Shown here: in pieces, positions 27,255 to 36,477 of the stretch | Numbering within the stretch: the first letter of the stretch is position 1 | Layout: each line of letters starts with the position of its first letter | Source of the DNA: an uncultured Candidatus Saccharibacteria bacterium | GTDB taxonomy: Bacteria; Patescibacteriota; Saccharimonadia; Saccharimonadales; AWTP1-31 | Assembly: GCA_964629815.1 (NCBI GenBank) | Contig: CAZVTA010000003.1 | Coordinates: forward strand, 48,721-112,720 | Reading direction: 5' to 3' | Length of the DNA stretch: 64,000 nucleotides | Translations under genes and position numbers: made by a program | Notes under the pieces: model-generated | The model's input: only the letters and a program-made list of their open reading frames with translations | Databases searched by the model: none | Told to the model about the DNA's origin: nothing

Positions 27255-28070
27255 ATGGAAGGGAATTTGATTGCCGAGGGCAAAACAAAAATAATTCGTG
27301 AAATTACCGGGACAGGCGAGGTTATCATTGAAAATAAGGACACCATTACCGCAGGCGATGGGTCGCGAAGAGATATCATCCCAGGCAAGGGTACATGGTC
27401 TACGCAAATAACAAGTAACTGCTTTTCGTTGTTAGAAAAATCAGGCATAGAAACTCATTTTGTTGAACGAGTTGCCGACAAAGTTTTTCATGCCAAAAAA
27501 GCCGAGATGATACCTATAGAGATTGTTTTGCGACGGTATGCATATCAGGGCTCGTCGTATATTAAACGGCATCCTGCGGTGGCGGCACATACTCGGTTTC
27601 GCGATTTAACTTTTGAAATGTTTGCGAAAGACGACGCCAATCACGATCCGATACTGGACTATGATTTTCATAGCAATGGTGGCAGCGTGAACCGTTATCT
27701 TCCAAATACCCCAATGAGAAGCGATACGCTGATAGATTGCACTCCGCTTGCAGTTTCGCGTTTTGCCATAAGTCCCGATATATTTTGGGATTTGGAGAGG
27801 ATTGGCAGAAAGACATTTGATGTACTCGAGGCTGCGTGGGCAGAACAAGGGGTTGTACTGGCAGATATGAAAACTGAATTTGGTTTTGTTGCAGGAAAGC
27901 TTGTTGTTGCAGATGTCATTGATGCTGATTCGATGCGGCTTTGGCCAGAAGGTGATCCGGCACGTATGGTTGATAAACAATTATATCGCGAGGGTCGGTC
28001 GCTTGATGAAGTGGCTGCAGGCTACGAATGGGTTGCGAACGCCACGACTTTATTTAGTAAGACTAATTGA
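27255..28070 (+). CDS. purC: phosphoribosylaminoimidazole-succinocarboxamide (SAICAR) synthase
   Basis: Motifs are EGKTKII, GDG...IPGKG and LADMKTEFG. TATAAT lies 6 nt upstream of the ATG. Confidence 0.8.
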   Translation: MEGNLIAEGKTKIIREITGTGEVIIENKDTITAGDGSRRDIIPGKGTWSTQITSNCFSLLEKSGIETHFVERVADKVFHAKKAEMIPIEIVLRRYAYQGSSYIKRHPAVAAHTRFRDLTFEMFAKDDANHDPILDYDFHSNGGSVNRYLPNTPMRSDTLIDCTPLAVSRFAISPDIFWDLERIGRKTFDVLEAAWAEQGVVLADMKTEFGFVAGKLVVADVIDADSMRLWPEGDPARMVDKQLYREGRSLDEVAAGYEWVANATTLFSKTN

Positions 28071-28093
28071 GCCTTGATGCTGTTGTGATCGCT

Positions 28094-28123
28094 AAAAAAA
28101 AGCACCAGATATAGTTCTGATGC
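28094..28123 (-). terminator. intrinsic terminator of tmRNA
   Basis: Minus strand: GCATCAG, loop, CTGGTGC, followed by T8. It starts 5 nt after the CCA end. Confidence 0.5.
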
Positions 28124-28128
28124 GTTTA

Positions 28129-28519
28129 TGGTGGAGCTGGCGGGTACTGCCCCCGCGTCCGCTGGTTTATCTTGATTAGTCTTCTACAGGTATAGGTCGT
28201 TTAGGGTTTTCTCGATCACTCGGCCGGTAAACGACCAAAAAGTCGAATAATCCAGTCCAAAGTCTTGGCGTCTAGTATGGACGGTACTAAACGAGCATCC
28301 AGATGATATGGCGTGCACTTACGCTATCTGAAGTCACATAAGGCACGGCTACCAATAAATTAGGCAGCAAATGCAAAGGCATTTTGACGTGCGTTAAGCA
28401 CGTTGTCTACCATTGCAGTAAGTGAATTTTTTGCATCTGTTCAGATGTACCTATAACGCTGATAAGCGACCTGCTGATCTAACCGATAAAGTCCGACGTC
28501 GAGCTTAAAATTCAGCCCC
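28129..28519 (-). ncRNA. ssrA: tmRNA (transfer-messenger RNA)
   Basis: The minus-strand 5' end is GGGGCTGAATTTTAAGCTCGACG and the 3' end is GGACGCGGGGGCAGTACCCGCCAGCTCCACCA. The acceptor stem has a G3-U pair. An internal tag frame ends ...NAFAFAA-TAA. Confidence 0.9.
28360..28416 (-). other. tmRNA tag-peptide reading frame
   Basis: GCA ATG GTA GAC AAC GTG CTT AAC GCA CGT CAA AAT GCC TTT GCA TTT GCT GCC TAA. The resume codon could be the first GCA (after the A6 run) or the internal GCA (giving ARQNAFAFAA). Confidence 0.6.
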
Positions 28520-28528
28520 GTAAAGACT

Positions 28529-28556
28529 ATTGTATCATAATTACAAGCATAAGCAA
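28529..28556 (-). promoter_or_regulatory. candidate promoter for tmRNA
   Basis: Minus strand: TTGCTT, 16 nt, TACAAT, ending 9 nt upstream of the GGGG 5' end. Confidence 0.4.
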
Positions 28557-28594
28557 ATACCTACGATATAGTAGTTCGTAATTATGGTTAAGGA

Positions 28595-30529
28595 TTAGTT
28601 AAGCCCGCAAATAGCAGTCCAAAGGAATGGTGTACACCCAATTGACTTGTTGAGGGCTGCTGATCCGCTGGATCGGTTGCCGGCTTTGTCTACTGAATAT
28701 ACTTTGTACGAATATGATCCGCCCGTGGTGACGTTAGTATGATCGAATGATGTTCCGGTTACGGGAGAACTATTGAGTTTTTGTGTGCCGTTGTAGATAT
28801 CGTAATGACTAACTCCCGAGCCTCCAGTGTTGTCGGTTGCTGCAGGCCAACTTAGTGTTATCTTGCACGATGTCGCTGGGCTGCAGGCTCCTGACCAGCC
28901 ATTGTAGCTGAGATCTGCTCCGGTTATGCTACTTGGCCCTGTAGGTGCGGTTGTATCGGTAGTCGAGGTTGAGACTGCTGTTCCGTATACGCCCATTTCC
29001 CACACGGAATATCCGTATACCGTGGTACGGCTTAGGCCAGTGAGCTTTACAAATCGACCGCTACCAGATGTAATGTCGAATATTTTTGTCCCGGCGCTGC
29101 CACCGGATACTTGAGCAATCACTTTAAAGCTACCGTTTGAGCTATCGGATACTTCTATTTTGTAACTATTTGCCGCAGCTGTTTCCCAGTTAATCGAGAT
29201 GCATTTTATTGCATATGATGCTCCCAGATCTACCATAAGGTACTGCGGATCAACTCCGTGAATAGACGACCATCGCGAATCATCGGCGGCCGTACTGCCC
29301 TTGGCACTAGAGCCGTCAAATGCACGGTCTGCGGTAAATGTTCCGTCAACACTAGAGGCAGTTGCAGTTTTCTTAAGTGCAATGTTCGTGCCGCTACATG
29401 TAGCTACAGGTGGCGTGACAGGAGTAGGGGCAACCGTAATACTCAGTGCTTTGGCGGCGCTAGTCAGTCCAGCGGTGTCCGTAGCTTTTGCACTGAGTGT
29501 GTAGGTACCTGCTGCAAGATTGCTGAGCGTCCAGTTGTGTGGCGAACTGGTGTCTTCGCCAAGTTTGGTGGTGCCGTTATAAAATTCAACTTTTGCAAGG
29601 TTATTGTCGGGGTCGCTTGCGTTGGCGGTAAGAGTAATGTTTGCGGGTGCAACAGGATTGGTAATTGACGAATATAACTGGGATACCGTTGGAGCAGAGT
29701 TGGTTACGGCTGGTGCGTTTATAGTGACGCTAACGTTCGATGAGATGGTTGTTGATGGTGTGGCTGTATCTTTGTCGGTAGCCGAAGCGCTAAAGGTGTA
29801 TACTCCAGCAGACAAGCTGTTGGCAGCGTATTCGTAGGTCGTACCAGAAGTAGGTGTTGTAACTGAACCAAGTAGTACCCCGTTTCTGTAGAAATCCACA
29901 GACTTAATCCCGTCATTGTCGGGATCGCTTACATTTGCCGAAAGCTTAACATTGGTTGGGGCTGTTCCAGATGTTGGTGTTGCTGTAAAGCTGTTGAAAA
30001 CGGGGGGTGTATTGCTTGGTGGGGCTATAACATCTGTAGGACAATCGCCAGTTTCGTTAACAGGCACACAGTTACTATTTATGAGCATCGTTCGCTTTAC
30101 AAAAATGCCAGCGGAGTTGCCAATTATGCGTACGCTTCTCGTGCCGCCTTGGAGATCTCGATCTCGGCTACCCGCTACCCAGCGGTAGCTACCCGCGGGT
30201 ATGGATAATGATTCGCATACATCGCCATCGATATCGACGCTTACTGTACCTGCTGCATCGGCGCGAGCGTAGATCCATACACGGTAGTTGTTGTAGTTTG
30301 TGGCATCAACATTTGCAGGGTATGACGGGGGGTCTACCGTAATGGAGGCTGTGGCTATGCCGGTGTTATTTGTTGTAACACAGGGCGTTGCAGCCTGGGC
30401 ACTTTGCAATCCAGGGAAGATTAACGCAAAAAATAGCACTAACAAGTAGAGCATGATCCCACGGCTATCTACTAGATTGCTCAGATTTCTATTTAGTGCA
30501 CGTTGCCGAGAGATACTGTTGAGGCTCAT
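28595..30529 (-). CDS. exported multidomain protein: two Ig-like repeats, F5/8 type C (discoidin/CBM32-like) domain, FN3-like domain
   Basis: Signal peptide ...FPGLQSAQA/ATP. Tandem repeats of about 95 aa span aa 176-272 and 279-368. The discoidin-like stretch is NIALKKTATASS...RW..IHG.DPQYLMVDLG...I.I.WE. The FN3-like C-terminus reads ITLSWPAATDN..GSGVSHYDIY. Confidence 0.7.
   Translation of the reverse strand: MSLNSISRQRALNRNLSNLVDSRGIMLYLLVLFFALIFPGLQSAQAATPCVTTNNTGIATASITVDPPSYPANVDATNYNNYRVWIYARADAAGTVSVDIDGDVCESLSIPAGSYRWVAGSRDRDLQGGTRSVRIIGNSAGIFVKRTMLINSNCVPVNETGDCPTDVIAPPSNTPPVFNSFTATPTSGTAPTNVKLSANVSDPDNDGIKSVDFYRNGVLLGSVTTPTSGTTYEYAANSLSAGVYTFSASATDKDTATPSTTISSNVSVTINAPAVTNSAPTVSQLYSSITNPVAPANITLTANASDPDNNLAKVEFYNGTTKLGEDTSSPHNWTLSNLAAGTYTLSAKATDTAGLTSAAKALSITVAPTPVTPPVATCSGTNIALKKTATASSVDGTFTADRAFDGSSAKGSTAADDSRWSSIHGVDPQYLMVDLGASYAIKCISINWETAAANSYKIEVSDSSNGSFKVIAQVSGGSAGTKIFDITSGSGRFVKLTGLSRTTVYGYSVWEMGVYGTAVSTSTTDTTAPTGPSSITGADLSYNGWSGACSPATSCKITLSWPAATDNTGGSGVSHYDIYNGTQKLNSSPVTGTSFDHTNVTTGGSYSYKVYSVDKAGNRSSGSAALNKSIGCTPFLWTAICGLN
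29426..30004 (-). repeat. tandem duplication encoding two Ig-like domains
   Basis: The repeat units share the pattern PTNV/ITL.AN.SDPDN...V.FY.G...LG......Y......L.AG.YT.SA.ATD. Confidence 0.5.
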
Positions 30530-30680
30530 TGACGACCTTTCTTAAAGCTATAGCATTATATAGGCATCATTTTATAGTTATACCAACACAAACACAAGCT
30601 GCGTTAGGCCTAATAATTAGACGGACAATAGCAAATTAGCTATTATAGTAATGCTTGATGAATAGCCTCCTATAGCAATC

Positions 30681-33263
30681 ATGAAACGACGTCTTATATC
30701 AAAACGACCAGCATTTGTTGTCACAAAAGATCTAAAGTCTAAGCTTGTTAATATTCTGCAAAAACTTCGAACTGAAAAGCTGGCGGTTGTTGCCCTGGTT
30801 TTGCTCGTTGGTATTACAACCCTGCTTTTGGTGCGAGCCGCACCGTTTACTGCAAGTATCGAACCCGAGTCGGCTGCATGTGCGCCAATGGTGCAATCAA
30901 ATGCTCAGGCGTCTGGTTTGTCATATGTACGGTTTGCAGCCGGTGCTTGCACTACTAGTTGTGCGGGGCAAACGATAAATAGCTATTGTTGGAAGCCCAT
31001 TCGGCTTGGAGCAGGAGGCTTCGCAACGGGCATAGATACTGCGAGTGATGGTACACGTGTCGTGCGCACCGATTCGGCCGGTGCATATATTTGGGATGAT
31101 AATTTAAACGGAGGTGAGTGGCGACCTTTTATAACCAAGAGTGCACTTGCTGGTACGGGGCTTGATACGCCCAAAAGCGGTGGTGGGGTAATGGACGTGG
31201 CAATAGCCCAATCTAACCCCAATGTCATATATATGGCATGGAAAGGCACAATTTTAAAGTCCACTAACAAAGGTCTCAGCTGGACTAAGCTCAATATCGA
31301 GGGCAATGAAATGGAGCCAAATTATAATTGTCGAGCCTGGGGAGATCGGCTAGCGGTCGATCCAATAAACGAGAATGTTGTCTATTGGGGCTCTATTACA
31401 AGAGGGTTGTATTACACGAGTGATGGTAATAACTTTACTAAGGTCGCGAGTGTGCCCGTTGCTCAAGAGGAGTGGAGAGATGCGTCTTGGGGAAGAAATT
31501 ATCTTTGCGGTGGAGAAAACTATGTTGGGACACCAGGTATTACGGCGGTAGCTTTTGACAAATCGTCTGGTTCAACCAACGGGAGAACTAACACAATTTA
31601 CGTATCCAGTCATAAAAACGGAATTTACCGAAGCACTAATGCAAGTAATAGTTTCTCGCAACTGGCTGGCGGCCCAACTTCCGCAGTTCATGGAAAAGCA
31701 ATTGGCGGTAAGTACTATGTTGTGGCTTGGTTGGGTTGGAACGCTGGAACTAATTCATACCCGACAAGTGTAATGCGTTACGATGGTAGCTCTTGGGCAA
31801 CAATTTCCCCGAGTGGTTGGGATGGCGTTGTTTCGGGTACTGAGGTACCTTCGTTAACGGTTGACTATAATAACCCCACAAATTTGGCAGTAGTTAACCA
31901 TGGGGGAGATTTATGGGTAAGCACCAATAGTGGTTCCAATTGGGCAAGTGAAACCAGTCATAGAATGTTGTCACCAGACATACCTTGGATTGCTTCAGAA
32001 CAGTACCTAGTTGTATCGGAAATCGCTTTCGATAAGCAGGTTGCCAATAGGTTGTGGTTGTCAATGGGTTCGGGTGTTACATACGCCGACCTAAACATGA
32101 CTAACCTGGGGCAAGTGACATGGACGCACAAATCAAAAGGTATGGAGCAACTGGTGCAAAATGACATTATTTCGCCGCCATATACAGCCCAAGGACAATC
32201 TCATCTCAACTTAGCTGTTTCGGATTTTGGAAACTTCCGTATTCTTGACCCAGACCAATATAATGCTGTGCGCTGGCCAGTACAGCGCTTTACTGGGTCT
32301 TGGTCACTAGATTGGGCTAGTCAGGCGCCAAATGTCGTGGTACACAATACAACTGATTTTCTACAGTCAGATAGAGAGGCTGGTTATTCGACAGATGGCG
32401 GCGTTACGTTTTCTCGTTTTGCATCGATGCCCCAGCCAAAACCAGGAGGATTTGGAACAATCGCAGCAGGCGATGCCACCCATTTTCTTTGGGAGACGAC
32501 ACAGTTCGAACAACCATCCCGAGTCTTCTATACAGATAATGCTGGCAACTCTTGGAGTGATGTGACACCAAGTGATATAACCGACAACGAAGGATTGCAC
32601 AGATCATACTTCGCCAAAAAGAAGAATGTTGCTTTTGATCGTGTCACTCCTGGGGTAGCATATCTTTACTATAATAATCAGTACATTGAACGTGTGTATA
32701 GGTCTACGAATTATGGCAAAAATTGGACAAAAGTCTTTGAAGCAACCTCTCCAGGTGGACTAAACGATTGGGCACTCCGCGATACCACCCTGACTGGTAC
32801 AGTTGGCTTTTTTGGCATGACTATGAAACCTGTCATAGGAAAGGCCAATCATATCTTCTTGACCGGTGGACCACAAGGTGGAGATGTCCTTATTGGTAAT
32901 AAGGATACTTCGGGGTCTAAATTAAAGTTTTCGAAGGATGGTGGCACAACCTGGGTGAACGTAAATGGAACTACTGGAACCGGCATTTATGGTTTTGGCT
33001 TAGGTAAGGAAAAGCCCGGCACAAATTACCCAGCAATATACGTTAGTGGTTACGTACAACCCAGTGGTGGGTCGGAAGAATTTGGCCTGTGGCGAGGTGA
33101 TTCGTTTGACCCAAATACAGGCAATGTCACCTGGGTAAAAATCGGTGATTATCCTATGGGCAACTTATCTCAGGTATTTTCTATTGACGGCGACAAGCAG
33201 GTATATGGAAAGGTGTATCTGAGTACGGGTAGTGACGGCGCGTTCTACGGTACCCCACTCTAG
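30681..33263 (+). CDS. exported BNR/Asp-box beta-propeller protein (GH74/sortilin-like)
   Basis: N-terminal signal anchor. At least six Asp-box-like motifs: STNKGLSWTKL, VSTNSGSNWAS, YSTDGGVTFSR, TDNAGNSWSDV, STNYGKNWTKV, SKDGGTTWVNV. Confidence 0.7.
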   Translation: MKRRLISKRPAFVVTKDLKSKLVNILQKLRTEKLAVVALVLLVGITTLLLVRAAPFTASIEPESAACAPMVQSNAQASGLSYVRFAAGACTTSCAGQTINSYCWKPIRLGAGGFATGIDTASDGTRVVRTDSAGAYIWDDNLNGGEWRPFITKSALAGTGLDTPKSGGGVMDVAIAQSNPNVIYMAWKGTILKSTNKGLSWTKLNIEGNEMEPNYNCRAWGDRLAVDPINENVVYWGSITRGLYYTSDGNNFTKVASVPVAQEEWRDASWGRNYLCGGENYVGTPGITAVAFDKSSGSTNGRTNTIYVSSHKNGIYRSTNASNSFSQLAGGPTSAVHGKAIGGKYYVVAWLGWNAGTNSYPTSVMRYDGSSWATISPSGWDGVVSGTEVPSLTVDYNNPTNLAVVNHGGDLWVSTNSGSNWASETSHRMLSPDIPWIASEQYLVVSEIAFDKQVANRLWLSMGSGVTYADLNMTNLGQVTWTHKSKGMEQLVQNDIISPPYTAQGQSHLNLAVSDFGNFRILDPDQYNAVRWPVQRFTGSWSLDWASQAPNVVVHNTTDFLQSDREAGYSTDGGVTFSRFASMPQPKPGGFGTIAAGDATHFLWETTQFEQPSRVFYTDNAGNSWSDVTPSDITDNEGLHRSYFAKKKNVAFDRVTPGVAYLYYNNQYIERVYRSTNYGKNWTKVFEATSPGGLNDWALRDTTLTGTVGFFGMTMKPVIGKANHIFLTGGPQGGDVLIGNKDTSGSKLKFSKDGGTTWVNVNGTTGTGIYGFGLGKEKPGTNYPAIYVSGYVQPSGGSEEFGLWRGDSFDPNTGNVTWVKIGDYPMGNLSQVFSIDGDKQVYGKVYLSTGSDGAFYGTPL

Positions 33264-33349
33264 TTAAACCGGCATGCAAAAATTAGAACAATGCTGTAAA
33301 ATCGTTAGCATAAGTGAAATAAAGCAAACAGAGCCAAAGGAGCGGACGC

Positions 33350-34642
33350 GTGAAGTTTAAGATTCTAACAAGGCCAAAAAACGATGCAGCCGTCGTAAGC
33401 ACGGACGAGCATCTGAAGCTCGATAGACACTTGAAGCGTCCGCTTGTTGTGGTGATGCTTGTTGCGGTACTGGGTGTGGCGGCCCTTCTCGTTAGTTACG
33501 CTGCAACTGATGTGCCAACAAAGAGTACAAGCGGATCATTGTGTTCCAATGTATTGGCGCCTGCGGTTTGCGCAAATGGTGAAGTTGCGTTTAAGGCTGG
33601 TGCAGTAACGCCTCCTGCAGCGACATTTAATGCTAGCGACTGGATGACTAGCTCAACCATACCTGGATTGAATCCGGCGGAAGGTAGCTGGCCTGTAGGT
33701 TCGCTCGGTAACTTTCGTTTCTTGTGTTGGGCATCTCACCTGAACTATGATGATCCGATAGTGTATCCTGGCGAAAAAGCCAAAGCGCACTTGCATATGT
33801 TTTTTGGTAATCGTAATTTAAGTTACCAGACGACCGCAGAAAATATTACAAAAAGTGGTTCTGGTTCGTGCTATGGTGGTCCATTGAATCGAACAGGTTA
33901 TTGGATTCCGGCGTTGCTTGATAGTAATAACAAGGCGCGAATTCCTAACTGGGTTGTATTCTATTACAAGTCTCAAGGCTTGGCGGTAAATTCAATTCAG
34001 CCATATCCAACTGGCTTGCGAATGATTCAGGGGAATATGAATGCAACTTCTAGTCAAAACGACTGGAGAATTCAATGGCAGTGCCTGAACAGTGCTGAGT
34101 CAAACATATATCCAGGACAGGAATTTTCGGTAATACCTAACTGTCCTGCGGGTAATAAGCTTAAACTCCAGTTTTTGTTCCCTCAGTGTGGCGCACGAAA
34201 TGCTGATGGAACTCCAAAACTTGACTCACCAGATCATAAAAGTCATATGATTGTCCAGACTGATAGTCATGTATGTCCTTCATCTCATCCTATTCCGTAC
34301 CCAGAAGTTTCGTTAAATATGATATGGAATGTAACAGGATCAAATGCTAATACATGGTATCTGTCATCCGATCGAATGGGTGGCGTCAATAAACCTGGTG
34401 GAACAACGACTCATGCAGACTGGTTTATGGGCTGGGATGAGAATACTATGAACACGTTTGTGAATCGCTGTATTCGTGAAGGGCGAAACAGTAACAACGG
34501 TAATCTCTGTAATGGCACGAGCTTGAAAGCAGTCGCTGGACCTGAAGGTGGACGGTTTACGGGTGCAGAGGTTGTTGATCCGCCTGCTGTAGGCTCACAA
34601 TACAATGTCGAATCCGCATTCCCAGGAACGGCATTTCCATAG
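33350..34642 (+). CDS. exported DUF1996-like protein
   Basis: GTG start after AAAGGAG. It has a signal anchor, and the DDPIVYPGEKAKAHLHMFFGN motif is typical of DUF1996. Confidence 0.6.
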   Translation: MKFKILTRPKNDAAVVSTDEHLKLDRHLKRPLVVVMLVAVLGVAALLVSYAATDVPTKSTSGSLCSNVLAPAVCANGEVAFKAGAVTPPAATFNASDWMTSSTIPGLNPAEGSWPVGSLGNFRFLCWASHLNYDDPIVYPGEKAKAHLHMFFGNRNLSYQTTAENITKSGSGSCYGGPLNRTGYWIPALLDSNNKARIPNWVVFYYKSQGLAVNSIQPYPTGLRMIQGNMNATSSQNDWRIQWQCLNSAESNIYPGQEFSVIPNCPAGNKLKLQFLFPQCGARNADGTPKLDSPDHKSHMIVQTDSHVCPSSHPIPYPEVSLNMIWNVTGSNANTWYLSSDRMGGVNKPGGTTTHADWFMGWDENTMNTFVNRCIREGRNSNNGNLCNGTSLKAVAGPEGGRFTGAEVVDPPAVGSQYNVESAFPGTAFP

Positions 34643-34671
34643 ACGGGCTTTGCTTGGTGTTGTATAAGAAT

Positions 34672-35511
34672 TTAGTGATGCAAGAACAGTAGCTTATAGG
34701 CTTCTATAAGTCCCCAAATACCAAGCACAACAAAAGCCACGCTACCAAAGAGTGAAATAATGGGGTTCTTGACCGCTTGTATTGTCCGCTTGGGCGACAA
34801 ATACAGGAATATGTTTAATACCATATGCCCGACGAACACTCCAATGGCGAAACCGTAGACGTTAACAATGTTAAACAGTGGCACATAGCCAGCGAAGTCA
34901 TCGAGGCCGAGAATAAATGGTACGCTAAATGATATACTGAGCAGCCCTGCAAAACTGGCCGCAGTTGAAGCTTTGAGCGAATGCGATGGTACTATGCGAG
35001 ATAGTACGGGTTCGGTTATGCGGTTGATGCTGGTGATAGCCTTTTCAAACGTTCGTACGAACGCACGAAACCAAGTTGGGTATTTAGTATCTTCGTGATC
35101 AACGTGTTCGAGTCCATCTTCGGCGAGGCGAAACAATACGAATCCGGCGATTATAACCATAATAGCTAGTAGCCAATTAACTTCTTTAAAGAATGCCCAG
35201 AGCGCAAGAATTGCAAAGGTACCGAGTCCGTTTCCTAGGGCAGTACCGATCTCTATACCAATACGGCCCTTAAGGCCACGATTTGCATCCATGAGTCTGC
35301 CGATAAATATTGCAAAGTCGATAGCTGTTTTTAGGTAAATCGTAAGCCCAACAATAACGTCTTGTAATCGTAGACTATACGAGATTTTTTCATCGGTGAA
35401 ACGGTTAAGCAGGTGTACTTCTATCCAAAGAAGACCGATAAGCCCAAGACAGGTCAGCCCGGTTAATGTTAATGCAATAGATTGGTCACGTAGCGTGTGT
35501 TTTTTTGTCAT
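34672..35511 (-). CDS. polytopic membrane protein (unassigned family)
   Basis: About eight hydrophobic segments. I preferred ATG 35511 (MTKKH...) because TACAAT lies 10 nt upstream and falls inside the longer TTG-initiated ORF (35553). Confidence 0.55.
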   Translation of the reverse strand: MTKKHTLRDQSIALTLTGLTCLGLIGLLWIEVHLLNRFTDEKISYSLRLQDVIVGLTIYLKTAIDFAIFIGRLMDANRGLKGRIGIEIGTALGNGLGTFAILALWAFFKEVNWLLAIMVIIAGFVLFRLAEDGLEHVDHEDTKYPTWFRAFVRTFEKAITSINRITEPVLSRIVPSHSLKASTAASFAGLLSISFSVPFILGLDDFAGYVPLFNIVNVYGFAIGVFVGHMVLNIFLYLSPKRTIQAVKNPIISLFGSVAFVVLGIWGLIEAYKLLFLHH

Positions 35512-35705
35512 AATGATTAGGATTGTAGCATACTGGTAGTAGTGGAAAGACAAGAATTGCCCTGTGCAGATAAGCTCGCCTTTGACTCGATAAAGTTAGC
35601 CAAAGCTGCGGCTGTCGTTGCAGATCTGCAGCACGGAACCAAGCTGCGTGTGTATCGGTGTCGGCATTGTAGTCTGTGGCATCTTGCATCTGACGGGGGT
35701 AGTAA

Positions 35706-36341
35706 ATGACAACACTGCAAGAGCGGATAGATGCATTTGAGGTTCATCTAGAGCAGGGTGGCATTATTGGCGATGAGTCTCAGCGAATCCACCAAGAATT
35801 TAAAAAGGGACAGCACGGCATAAAGGTGGACTTTGGGCATGCAGCAATCGCAGAGGGTACCGCACTTTTTTCGGAATGGGTCGACGTTACCCACGACTAC
35901 ATAGAGGGAGAATATCGCCAACTGCCCGACGGCCTTGTTCGGGTAGATAGCGGTACGAATGCACTGGTGGGGGCTGTTATTAAAAAGTTCGGTACGCACG
36001 TGCTCGATATAGCTACCGAGAAAAAACCTGATATTGGTTTAACTCACGCCGCACGAAAGATAATTACTCACGAGCGACCAAATTTCTTATTAGTGCTTGA
36101 TGATGTTGGCACCACCGGCAGCACGACCCGTAGCGTTGTTGATCAAATTGAGCGGCTAGGGGTGCCGCGTGTCGAGGTGCTATATGCCCTGCAACGCACA
36201 GTCTCGTTACCCTATCTTGCAAGAGTTGCAGTACAGTCAATGATTCGTCGTCCCATGCCTACGTATGAACCCGAGCAATGTCGCTACTGCCACGAAGGCT
36301 ATGAGCTTATCGAATACAAATGGCCTCGACAAACAGCGTAA
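35706..36341 (+). CDS. phosphoribosyltransferase-family protein
   Basis: PRPP-binding motif FLLVLDDVGTTGSTTRS. Length 211 aa. Confidence 0.65.
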   Translation: MTTLQERIDAFEVHLEQGGIIGDESQRIHQEFKKGQHGIKVDFGHAAIAEGTALFSEWVDVTHDYIEGEYRQLPDGLVRVDSGTNALVGAVIKKFGTHVLDIATEKKPDIGLTHAARKIITHERPNFLLVLDDVGTTGSTTRSVVDQIERLGVPRVEVLYALQRTVSLPYLARVAVQSMIRRPMPTYEPEQCRYCHEGYELIEYKWPRQTA

Positions 36342-36477
36342 AATATTGACCAGAGTGCTATACTGTAACAGATGAGACGATACTGCATAGTTATGGCAAT
36401 ACAGACAATGCCCTTGGGGGCTTTTATCTAATTTCTTGTTTGACCATAAAAACTAATAAAGCAGGTACAATATACTT

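Noticed and set aside
26900-34700. Genomic island integrated at the tmRNA gene.
   Set aside because: I found no integrase and no direct repeat of the ssrA 3' end. The exported-protein block lies on the 5' side of ssrA, whereas islands insert at the 3' end. The 3'-side neighbours (purC, MFS, marR) look ordinary.
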